The position numbers and the translations under genes are program-made. Shown in pieces: positions 27,209 to 35,507 of a stretch of 64,000 nt of DNA. The notes under the pieces were generated by a model, which saw only the letters and a list, made by a program, of their open reading frames with translations, had not been told where the DNA came from and made no database searches. This DNA is from Candidatus Woesebacteria bacterium. Lineage in GTDB: Bacteria; Patescibacteriota; Microgenomatia; UBA8517. How positions within the stretch are numbered: position 1 is the first letter of the stretch; every line of letters starts with the position of its first letter. The DNA lies in NCBI GenBank assembly GCA_016432525.1, contig CP066693.1, positions 482,732 through 546,731 on the forward strand. The letters are read 5' to 3'.

Positions 27209-28818
27209 AAAAACAAAAAATAATATTAATCCTAATTGTAATTTTGGCCTTTTGCCTTAGATTTTATAAATTAAATTCCTATCCTGCTTTAAATGCGGAC
27301 GAGGCAAGTATTGGTTATGATGCCTATTCTCTAATAAAAACAGGTCGTGATCAACATGGAAATTCCTGGCCTCTTCAGTTTCAATCTTTTAATGATTACA
27401 AGCCAGGCCTTTATGTATATATCGTTTTACCATTTGTAAAATTCTTATCTCTTAACGAATGGTCTATCCGAATCCCGTCTGCATTTTTAGGAGTTGCAAC
27501 TGTATATATTATTTATCTTTTAATAAAAGAATTATTTAATGATGAAAAATTCGCTCTTATTGGATCTTTTCTACTTGCAATTTCTCCTTGGCACTTACAT
27601 TTCTCAAGAAGCGGATGGGAAGTAAATATCGCAACATTTTTTATAACTTTAGGATTATTGTTTTTCTTTAAAGCTATCAAAAAGCAAAAATTTAGTTCCT
27701 TTTTCTTTTCTGTTTTGTTCTTTGTGCTATCTATGTATACTTATCATTCCGCCAGAATAGTAGTTCCGTTTCTGGGAATTGGTTTATTTTATTTTTACTT
27801 AAAAGATCTTAAAAAAAATCTAAAATTAGTAAGTATTTCAGTAATAATTTTCGGGTTACTAATAATTCCAATAACAAACAAAGATGCTCTTTCAAGGGCT
27901 GGTGGTGTAAGTATTTTTTCAGACAAAGGGATTATCTCAGGAATTAATGAACAAAGAGGGGAAGGGGCAAATTCTACTCTTACAAAGATTTTACACAACA
28001 AAGTTATAAATTACTCACTAATTTTTGCAGATAACTATTCCAAACATTTCTGGGGAGAATTTCTGTTTCTTTCAGGTGATGTAATTCAAAGAAATAGAGT
28101 TCCAGAAACAGGTCAGCTATATCTTTTTGAAATAATAACTTTGTCCGTAGGTATATATTTCATTATTAAAAAAACAAACAAAGAATGGGGGTTAATTATA
28201 TTCTGGTTAATTATTTCTCCGGCTGCAGCTGCTCTTACGTTTCAATCACCTCACGCTCTACGTGCTCATAATATGGTCATACCATTAACAATTATTAGCT
28301 CATATGGTTTGATGAAAATCCTAAATTTGCTAAAAAATCTGAAAATTAAGAACATATTTTTATTAGGAAACTTTCTTATCTTAATTTTTATTTCATGGTG
28401 TGTTGCGCGCTATCTTCATGAATACTATATTCACATGTCAAAGGAATATCCCTACTCATCTCAATATGGAGTCAAAGAAATGGTCTCATATTTATCCCAA
28501 AATCAAGGTAGTTTCCAGAAAATTTTTGTTACTGACAGATATGACCAACCTTACATTCTCTATCTTTTTTACACAAAAACTGACCCATCTTGGTTTCAAA
28601 AAAATCATAACTTAACCGCTCCGGATAAATTTGGATTTTCAACAGTTCGTGATGTAGCTTCTATTCATTTTGAGTCCATTGATTTTGAAAAACTCAAACA
28701 AAATTACCCAAATTCGCTTATAATAGGCGATACCAAAGAGATCCCCAAAGAAGCTAACATAATTAAAAAAATATATGGAGCTAATGGATTTCTATATTTT
28801 GAGGTAGTAAAAAATTAA
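27205..28818 (+). CDS. PMT_2 / ArnT-like polytopic membrane glycosyltransferase (GT-C).
   Basis: LNADEASIGYDAYSLIKTGRDQHGNSWP. It overlaps the upstream gene by 4 nt. Confidence 0.7.
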   Translation: MKKQKIILILIVILAFCLRFYKLNSYPALNADEASIGYDAYSLIKTGRDQHGNSWPLQFQSFNDYKPGLYVYIVLPFVKFLSLNEWSIRIPSAFLGVATVYIIYLLIKELFNDEKFALIGSFLLAISPWHLHFSRSGWEVNIATFFITLGLLFFFKAIKKQKFSSFFFSVLFFVLSMYTYHSARIVVPFLGIGLFYFYLKDLKKNLKLVSISVIIFGLLIIPITNKDALSRAGGVSIFSDKGIISGINEQRGEGANSTLTKILHNKVINYSLIFADNYSKHFWGEFLFLSGDVIQRNRVPETGQLYLFEIITLSVGIYFIIKKTNKEWGLIIFWLIISPAAAALTFQSPHALRAHNMVIPLTIISSYGLMKILNLLKNLKIKNIFLLGNFLILIFISWCVARYLHEYYIHMSKEYPYSSQYGVKEMVSYLSQNQGSFQKIFVTDRYDQPYILYLFYTKTDPSWFQKNHNLTAPDKFGFSTVRDVASIHFESIDFEKLKQNYPNSLIIGDTKEIPKEANIIKKIYGANGFLYFEVVKN

Positions 28819-29685
28819 ATGAAAAAACTCTCAGTTGTTTTAGCTGTAAGGAACGAAGAAAAAAATCTTTCCGATTGCCTCGATTCTATTAAAAATATCG
28901 CAGATGAGATTGTAGTAGTTGATGAGTATTCAACCGACAAAACTGTTGAAGTTGCCAAAAAGTATGGTGCAAAAGTATATCTTGAACCACACAATGAAAT
29001 ATTTCATGTTACAAAACAAAAAGCCATAGACAAAGCAAGTGGTGATTGGATACTCCAACTCGATGCTGATGAGATTGTCTCAAAAAGCTTAGGAGAGGAA
29101 ATTAAAAAGGCTATCGACATGTCTTACGACGATATTACAAATAGGAAAATTAATCCAAAAAAAGAAGAACTTTTTGAAAGGCATCAACGCCTTATAGAAG
29201 AAAGAGATGGTCAATTGGGCAAAAATAAAGGCGAAATTGTTGCCTTTTTCATTCCTAGAAAGAATTTTTTTCTAGGAAAACCTTTAATTCATGGAGGTGT
29301 CTACCCCGACGGGGTTATTAGGTTAATCAAAAAAGGTAAAGCCCATCTACCAGCAAAATCGGTTCATGAACAGATGGTAATTGATGGAAAAATCGCATGG
29401 CTAAATAATGATCTTGAACACCACGACTCTCCTAACTTGCGTCGATATTTGATACGTCTAAATCGTTATACAGATCTTCATGCACGTGAGTTAAAAGAAA
29501 AAAAATCCCCTAAAAATATTTTTTACTTCTTTTATTATAGTGTTATAAAATTTAAACTCGGTTTTCTGAAACTTTTCTTTCTGCATGCCGGATTTAAAGA
29601 TGGTATAAGAGGATTTTTGTGGTCATTTTTATCTAGTATGCATTACCCCATTGCTTACTTTAAATATTGGACGGGATATAATTAA
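28819..29685 (+). CDS. GT2 family glycosyltransferase.
   Basis: LSVVLAVRNEEKNLSDCLDSI...IVVVDEYSTDKT...ILQLDADEIV. It is a paralog of 4657..5556 and 6458..7228. Confidence 0.7.
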   Translation: MKKLSVVLAVRNEEKNLSDCLDSIKNIADEIVVVDEYSTDKTVEVAKKYGAKVYLEPHNEIFHVTKQKAIDKASGDWILQLDADEIVSKSLGEEIKKAIDMSYDDITNRKINPKKEELFERHQRLIEERDGQLGKNKGEIVAFFIPRKNFFLGKPLIHGGVYPDGVIRLIKKGKAHLPAKSVHEQMVIDGKIAWLNNDLEHHDSPNLRRYLIRLNRYTDLHARELKEKKSPKNIFYFFYYSVIKFKLGFLKLFFLHAGFKDGIRGFLWSFLSSMHYPIAYFKYWTGYN

Positions 29686-29689
29686 GAGT

Positions 29690-30703
29690 ATGAAAGTAGC
29701 AATTGATTCCGGTCCCATAACCTCAGGTCATTCAGTTCGTGGAATTGGTGTCCACACTAGTGAGTTAATAAATCATTTAAAAAAACTTAAAGGATTGGAA
29801 ATAGACGTAGTTGATTTCTCAAAATCAGATCTTAAAAATTTCGATATTGTTCACTATCCATCTTTCCATCCACATATTCTCTCACTACCAATTTTTAAAA
29901 AAAATAAATCAATAGTTACTATTCACGATTTAATTAGATTAATTTACCCCGAAGCTTATCCACCTGGATTAAAGGGTAAATTCAACTTTTTTCTTCAAAA
30001 ACTAGCTTTGAAAAATATCGACGCAGTAATAACTATTTCAGAAACTTCCAAGAAAGACATTATAAGGTTTTTGAATATTCCTCCAGAAAAGATATTTGTA
30101 ATCTATTTAGCTCAAGATGAAATTTATAAAAAGATAAAAGATAAGAAAATTTTAAATGCAATCAAAAAAAAATACGATCTTCCTAATAAGTTTGTGCTTT
30201 TTGTGGGAGATGTAAATTACAATAAAAACCTTAATAATTTGGCCAAAGCTTGTAAAATAGCTAAAATTCCTCTTGTGATGGTAGGCAAACAAACCAAGGT
30301 AGAAAACTTGGATAATCATATTGAAAATTTATCTTGGATTAACTTTCTTAAAAAATACAAAAACGATAGGAATATAATAAGACTTGGCTTTTTGGATAGA
30401 GAGGAAGTTGTTGCAATTAATAATCTTGCAACTGTCTATTGTCAGCCATCTCTATATGAAGGCTTTGGACTTCCTTGTTTAGAAAGCTTAGCTTGCGGAA
30501 CTCCAGTTGTTGCAGCTAAAACTCAAGCTATTGTTGAAATTTTAGGTTCAGCCGCAACATATGTCGATCCATATGATCCTTCTAGTATCGTTAAAGGATT
30601 TGAAAAACTTGTCAAAAATCCTAAACTTCCAAGAATCTACTCCTGGGAAAAAACAGCACTTGAAACATATGAAGTTTATAAAAAAGTTTTTCAAAAAAAA
30701 TAA
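29690..30703 (+). CDS. GT4 family glycosyltransferase (GT-B).
   Basis: The C-terminal motifs (FVLFVGDVNYNKN...PSLYEGFGLPCLESLACGTPVVAA) match GT4. I place the start at ATG 29690 (MKVAIDSG). The longer track ORF from 29651 overlaps the upstream gene. Confidence 0.65.
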   Translation: MKVAIDSGPITSGHSVRGIGVHTSELINHLKKLKGLEIDVVDFSKSDLKNFDIVHYPSFHPHILSLPIFKKNKSIVTIHDLIRLIYPEAYPPGLKGKFNFFLQKLALKNIDAVITISETSKKDIIRFLNIPPEKIFVIYLAQDEIYKKIKDKKILNAIKKKYDLPNKFVLFVGDVNYNKNLNNLAKACKIAKIPLVMVGKQTKVENLDNHIENLSWINFLKKYKNDRNIIRLGFLDREEVVAINNLATVYCQPSLYEGFGLPCLESLACGTPVVAAKTQAIVEILGSAATYVDPYDPSSIVKGFEKLVKNPKLPRIYSWEKTALETYEVYKKVFQKK

Positions 30704-31838
30704 AACTCTAAAAATTTTTATTTTAACTTTAATTATTTGGAGGGTCTTTTTATTTTTCCCAATTTTTATCTCACAATTTATATTTCCTTTAAGTAGAAGT
30801 TATCTTGGCGGAGGGCTTAAATGGTATTTAACAAATCCTTATCTTTATGGTTGGGCCAATTTTGACGGTGAGCACTACCTCACAATTTCAAGAGATGGAT
30901 ACAGAATGTACGAATATTTTTTCTTTCCTGTTTTTCCTCTATTAATTAGATTTATAGCACAAATTTTCAGTAATACTTTTGTTTCTCACCTTGTAACATC
31001 GATAATAATTTCAAACATTTCATTTATCATTTCATTATTTGGATTTTGGAAATTATTAAGACTAGATTACGACAAAAAATTTTCACTTTTTTGTATTTTT
31101 ACACTACTCTGTTTCCCAATGTCTTTTTTCTTTACTTCAACCTATACAGAGTCAATATTTTTTGCGTTTATTATATGGACTTTTTACTTTGCAAGAAAAA
31201 AAAGATGGTTTTTTGCAAGTCTTTTAGGACTTTTTGCGTCAGCTACACGAATAGTTGGAATACTAATGTTACCAGTAGTATTTATTGAAATAATAATGAC
31301 CAGAAAAAATATTAACTACAAAATAGTTAACAGTCTATTTACGTTACTTATCCCGTTGGGGCTGTTAAGTTTTATGTTTTATCTTAAAAGACAGACGGGG
31401 GATCCCTTAATTTTTTTAAATACTATAAATATTTTTGGAAATCAAAGGTCGTCTCATCTTATTCTTCTTCCTCAAGTTTTTTACCGATATTTTTTTAAAA
31501 TTATTCCAAACTTAACACTTTCTTATTTTCAAACTAATTTTTTAACATTTATCGAACTAGCATCTGGAATAATTCTTTTAGTATTATCTGTAATCTCTTT
31601 TTTTAAATTGAGACTAAGTTATTCAATATTTTTAATATCTGGCTACATTGTTCCAACTTTAACAGGAAGTTTCTCATCATTGCCAAGATATATGTTAGTT
31701 TTATTTCCTGCATTTATTTTAATAGGAAAATTTTTGGAGAAAAAATCAGAATTTGCTAAAGTCCTAATACTATCAATATCGCTCTTTACTTTAGTTTTGG
31801 CGGAAAGTATTTTTATGAGAGGTTACTTTATTTCATGA
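30669..31838 (+). CDS. Polytopic membrane protein, GT-C-like (possibly PIG-V/GT76- or DUF2029-like mannosyltransferase).
   Basis: About 390 aa from ATG 30669 (MKFIKKFF). It has an N-terminal TM helix, then the loop GGGLKWYLTNPYLYGWANFDGEHYLTISRDGY and 9-10 further TM helices. The track ORF from 30561 appears to use an upstream alternative start inside the preceding gene. Confidence 0.45.
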   Translation: MKFIKKFFKKNKTLKIFILTLIIWRVFLFFPIFISQFIFPLSRSYLGGGLKWYLTNPYLYGWANFDGEHYLTISRDGYRMYEYFFFPVFPLLIRFIAQIFSNTFVSHLVTSIIISNISFIISLFGFWKLLRLDYDKKFSLFCIFTLLCFPMSFFFTSTYTESIFFAFIIWTFYFARKKRWFFASLLGLFASATRIVGILMLPVVFIEIIMTRKNINYKIVNSLFTLLIPLGLLSFMFYLKRQTGDPLIFLNTINIFGNQRSSHLILLPQVFYRYFFKIIPNLTLSYFQTNFLTFIELASGIILLVLSVISFFKLRLSYSIFLISGYIVPTLTGSFSSLPRYMLVLFPAFILIGKFLEKKSEFAKVLILSISLFTLVLAESIFMRGYFIS

Positions 31839-33094
31839 AAAAAATCAAAGAAGTATTAAATCATCCAATGGCTTCCAGTAGTGCACTTCTTATCTTTGGG
31901 AGTTTAGGAATAAATGTAATCAATCTAATATATCACTTTGTGATGGGTAATATTTTAGGTCCAGTAAATTATGGAACATTACTAAGTCTTTACTCAATCC
32001 TTTACATTTTAAGCATAGTTCCACTTTCTTCAAGCGTTGCGATAGTTAAATTTATATCCAAATCTAAAAGCAAAAAGGAAAGAATGGTTGTATATAATGC
32101 AATTAAAAAATTGATATTGTATATTGCAATTTTTGGTTCAGCATTTGTAGTTATTCTTTCTCCAATAATCTCAAATTTTTTAAATATTAAAGATGTAGTA
32201 AGCACTTTACTTACCGCAGGGGTATTATTTTTTAGTCTTATTACTCTCGTAAATCAGGCGAGTTTGCAAGGCATACTCAAATTTATGGGAGTTGTCCTTC
32301 CCAACTTCGTTTCAAGTGCAATAAAACTTATTCTAGGGGTAGTTTTAGTTTGGGTCGGTTTTTCTGTTGAAGGGGCAATGTTTGCAGTTGTGATAGGTGT
32401 TGCAGTTGCCTACATTCTTTCGCAATCAATGGCTAAAAAGCATTTTTCAGGAAATTCTAAGAAAGAATTTGATTTGAAACCATTCTTCAATTATTCAAAG
32501 CCAGTCTTGCTTCAAGCATTTGCGTTTACCTCCCTATTCACAACAGATGTAATTTTGGTTAAGCATTTTTTTAGTCCATTCGACGCAGGGCTGTACGCAG
32601 CTCTCTCAACTTTAGGAAAAATTGTCTATTTTGGAGCCTCTCCTGTTGCGTCAGTGATGTTTCCCTATGTTTCCGGTAAACACTCACGGGGAGAAAAATA
32701 CATTAAAGTTTTATGGGGAGCTTTACTTCTTACAGCAAGTATTTCATTTGGAGTAGTGGTTATTTATGCTCTTTTCCCAAATCTGGTAGTTAAAATTCTA
32801 TACGCTAAATATATTAAAGCTGTTCCATATTTGGTCTGGATGGGAGCCTTTATCGCTTTCTATACAATTGCAAATCTATTAACTAATTTCTTCTTATCGA
32901 TTGATAAATTAAAAATCGTATTAGTTCCCTTGTTTTTTGCAATTCTCCAGATTATATTAATTTGGTTCTACCACAACTCAATTCTGCAAGTCATTCAAGT
33001 GTCCCTAATTGAGATGATATTTCTGTGCCTCATATTATTTACATATTTAGTTTATAATCGGCTAAGTTTAACAAATGAAGCGAAGGCAAAATAA
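31835..33094 (+). CDS. MOP-superfamily flippase (Wzx-like). It is the second copy in the locus.
   Basis: 419 aa with 12-14 TM helices and a Polysacc_synt-like N-terminus (ALLIFGSLGINVINLIYHFVMGNILGPVNYGTL). Confidence 0.55.
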   Translation: MKKIKEVLNHPMASSSALLIFGSLGINVINLIYHFVMGNILGPVNYGTLLSLYSILYILSIVPLSSSVAIVKFISKSKSKKERMVVYNAIKKLILYIAIFGSAFVVILSPIISNFLNIKDVVSTLLTAGVLFFSLITLVNQASLQGILKFMGVVLPNFVSSAIKLILGVVLVWVGFSVEGAMFAVVIGVAVAYILSQSMAKKHFSGNSKKEFDLKPFFNYSKPVLLQAFAFTSLFTTDVILVKHFFSPFDAGLYAALSTLGKIVYFGASPVASVMFPYVSGKHSRGEKYIKVLWGALLLTASISFGVVVIYALFPNLVVKILYAKYIKAVPYLVWMGAFIAFYTIANLLTNFFLSIDKLKIVLVPLFFAILQIILIWFYHNSILQVIQVSLIEMIFLCLILFTYLVYNRLSLTNEAKAK

Positions 33095-33851
33095 AAAGTT
33101 TTTGTCTGTAGTTGTCCCTGCCTATAAACAGGAAAAAACTATTAAAAAAGACCTTAAAATAATTGATAAAACTCTCAAAAAAGGTCTTAAAAACACAAAA
33201 TATGAAATAATTTGTATTGTTGATGGAATAGTTGATAACACTCTAAAAGAAGCTAAAAAAGCGAAATCTTCTCATATAAAAATCTTCTCATATAAAGAAA
33301 ACAAGGGAAAAGGGCATGCTGTACGCTTTGGTATGTCAAAATGTAAAGGAAATCTCATCTCCTTTCTAGATGCAGGAATGGATATTAGCCCAAAAGGAAT
33401 AATGATGCTTATGGCCCATTTAGAATGGTACAACGCAGATGTTGTGGTTGGATCAAAAAGACACCCCGTTTCCAGAGTTAACTATCCTCTTGAAAGACGC
33501 ATTTTAAGTATAGGTTACCATAAGCTAGTTAGAATATTTTTCGCCCTTCCACTTACAGATACACAAAGTGGTATTAAAATATTTAGAAGAAAAGTTGTAA
33601 GAAAAATTTTACCTAGACTCTTAGTTAAAAAATACGCAATGGATATAGAAATGCTTGCGGTTGCTAAATATTTGGGATTTAATCGTATTTACGAAGCTCC
33701 GATAGAGGTTACTTTCAGTAGGCAAGCTAGTGCTATAAAATGGTCAACTAGCATTAAAATGGCATGGGACACAATAGCAGTCTTTTATAGATTAAAAATA
33801 TTACATTATTATAATGATTATAATCGCAAAAAATGGGGAAAAAATAAATGA
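33075..33851 (+). CDS. GT2 polyprenol-phosphate glycosyltransferase (DPM1/GtrB-like, soluble type).
   Basis: LSVVVPAYKQEKTI...EIICIVDG...KGKGHAVRFG...FLDAGMD...ADVVVGSKRH...TQSGIKIFRR matches the DPM1 / dolichyl-phosphate sugar synthase signature regions. Confidence 0.6.
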   Translation: MKRRQNKKFLSVVVPAYKQEKTIKKDLKIIDKTLKKGLKNTKYEIICIVDGIVDNTLKEAKKAKSSHIKIFSYKENKGKGHAVRFGMSKCKGNLISFLDAGMDISPKGIMMLMAHLEWYNADVVVGSKRHPVSRVNYPLERRILSIGYHKLVRIFFALPLTDTQSGIKIFRRKVVRKILPRLLVKKYAMDIEMLAVAKYLGFNRIYEAPIEVTFSRQASAIKWSTSIKMAWDTIAVFYRLKILHYYNDYNRKKWGKNK

Positions 33852-34972
33852 ATATTCTTGTATTTTCATGGAGAGGTCCTAAACATCCTCTAGCAGGAGG
33901 AGCGGAACAAGTAGATCATGAACACCACAAAGGCTGGATAAAAGCGGGCCATAAGGTAGTTCTTTTTACCTCAAATTTTAAAAAAGGGAAAGAAAAAGAG
34001 ATTATAGACGGGGTAAAAATTATTCGTAGAGGAAACCAAATCCTAGGAGTACATCTCTCGGCATTCCTTTGGTATTTTCTCAAGAAACATCCTAAGTTTG
34101 ATTTAGTAGTGGATGAATTTCATGGAATTCCTTTTTTCACCCCACTTTATATAAAAGAAAAAAAAATGGTCGTTCTTCAAGAAGTTGCAGGCAAAGTCTG
34201 GCTTAAAAATGAATTAATCTGGCCATTAAATTTAATAATAGGATTTTTGGGATACTTATTTGAACCTTTAATTTATAAACTATACAAAAAAGTTCCATTT
34301 ATGGTTGGTTCTAATTCAGCAAAAATTGCTTTAGAAAAAATTGGAATTCAAAAAAAAGACATCACAGTTGTTCAACATGGTGTAATTACAAAAAAACAAA
34401 CAAAAAAAATTATCAAGGAAAAAATAAAAACCATAATCTTTTTGGGAACTTTAGCAAAAGATAAAGGAATAGAGGACGCATTGAAAGTTTTTTCAATTCT
34501 AAAATCAAAAAGAGAATTTCAATTTTGGGTAGTTGGGAAATCCGATACCTTTTATTTAAAAAAACTTAAAAAAATGTCTAAAAATCTAAAAATCTCAAAA
34601 CAAATTAAATTTTGGGGATATGTCTCTTCAGAAAAGAAATTTGAGCTACTCTCAAAAGCTCATCTATTATTAAACCCATCCATACTCGAAGGTTGGGGAC
34701 TTGTGAATATAGAGGCAAACGCAATGAAAATTCCAGTCGTTGCCTATAATTCTCCAGGTCTTGTAGATTCAGTACAAAACGGATTTAACGGGTTGATTTG
34801 CAAAAACAATTCTCCCGAAAACATGGCACAAAATATAGAAAAAATCTTCGCAAGTCACAAACTCTATCTAAAATTAAAAAAAAATTCCTTGATTTGGAGC
34901 AAAAATTTTTCTTGGGATAAATCTAGAAAATTAAGTTTAAATTTAATTAACGAAATCACTAACAATGCTTGA
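33848..34972 (+). CDS. GT4 family glycosyltransferase (GT-B).
   Basis: IIFLGTLAKDKGIEDALKVF...NPSILEGWGLVNIEANAMKIPVVAYNSPGLVDSVQNGFNGLI. Confidence 0.65.
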   Translation: MNILVFSWRGPKHPLAGGAEQVDHEHHKGWIKAGHKVVLFTSNFKKGKEKEIIDGVKIIRRGNQILGVHLSAFLWYFLKKHPKFDLVVDEFHGIPFFTPLYIKEKKMVVLQEVAGKVWLKNELIWPLNLIIGFLGYLFEPLIYKLYKKVPFMVGSNSAKIALEKIGIQKKDITVVQHGVITKKQTKKIIKEKIKTIIFLGTLAKDKGIEDALKVFSILKSKREFQFWVVGKSDTFYLKKLKKMSKNLKISKQIKFWGYVSSEKKFELLSKAHLLLNPSILEGWGLVNIEANAMKIPVVAYNSPGLVDSVQNGFNGLICKNNSPENMAQNIEKIFASHKLYLKLKKNSLIWSKNFSWDKSRKLSLNLINEITNNA

Positions 34973-34997
34973 TTTTTTATAATTTTACATTCATACT

Positions 34998-35507
34998 ATG
35001 TGTATGTTTAAAAGGTTTCTTGCTTTTACTCTGCTAATAGCACTTTCTTTAGGGCTAGCTTCTCCAACATTTGCACAAGTTCCTAGCCCTACTCCTACTC
35101 CTAAAATAGAAAATGTAAATTCTTTTGAACTTTTCTGGCCGATGGCTCCAGGTAAAACAATGGCTGACTCATTATATTTTCTTAAATCTTTAAAAGAAAA
35201 AATTAGAGGACTTTTAATTTTTGGTACACCACAAAAAGTAAATTACTCTGTCTATCTTTCCACTAAGCGTATATTGGAAGCTGAAAAACTCTATAACGAC
35301 AAAAATAAGGACCTAGGAAATAAAACAATGGATGAAGCAATAAAAGACCTTAATAAAGCCGTTTCTCAAAACAGTAAAGGAACAGACGAGACAAGTGACA
35401 GGTTAGCTAGACTTGATAAATTTTTAACCTGGTTTACAACAAAAAATTCTGCCGACAAATCTAAAATTCAAGATGCACTAAGTTTAGTGAAAAAACTTCT
35501 AGGATAA
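34998..35507 (+). CDS. Small secreted protein. It has a signal peptide and is a paralog of 41041..41532.
   Basis: Signal peptide LAFTLLIALSLGLASPTFA-QV, then a PSPTPTPK stretch and a helical, Lys-rich body. It shares a segment with 41041..41532 (FGTPQKVNYSVYLSTKRILEAEKL vs FSKTSKVDFYEYLAEKRLAEISYV). Confidence 0.4.
   Translation: MCMFKRFLAFTLLIALSLGLASPTFAQVPSPTPTPKIENVNSFELFWPMAPGKTMADSLYFLKSLKEKIRGLLIFGTPQKVNYSVYLSTKRILEAEKLYNDKNKDLGNKTMDEAIKDLNKAVSQNSKGTDETSDRLARLDKFLTWFTTKNSADKSKIQDALSLVKKLLG

Noticed and set aside
20344-28818. PMT_2 paralogs as DNA-level repeats or a recombination substrate.
   Set aside because: Similarity is evident at the protein-motif level, but the nucleotide sequences diverge (different codons for the conserved DEAS.GY.AYS motif). 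These are therefore not reported as repeat features.
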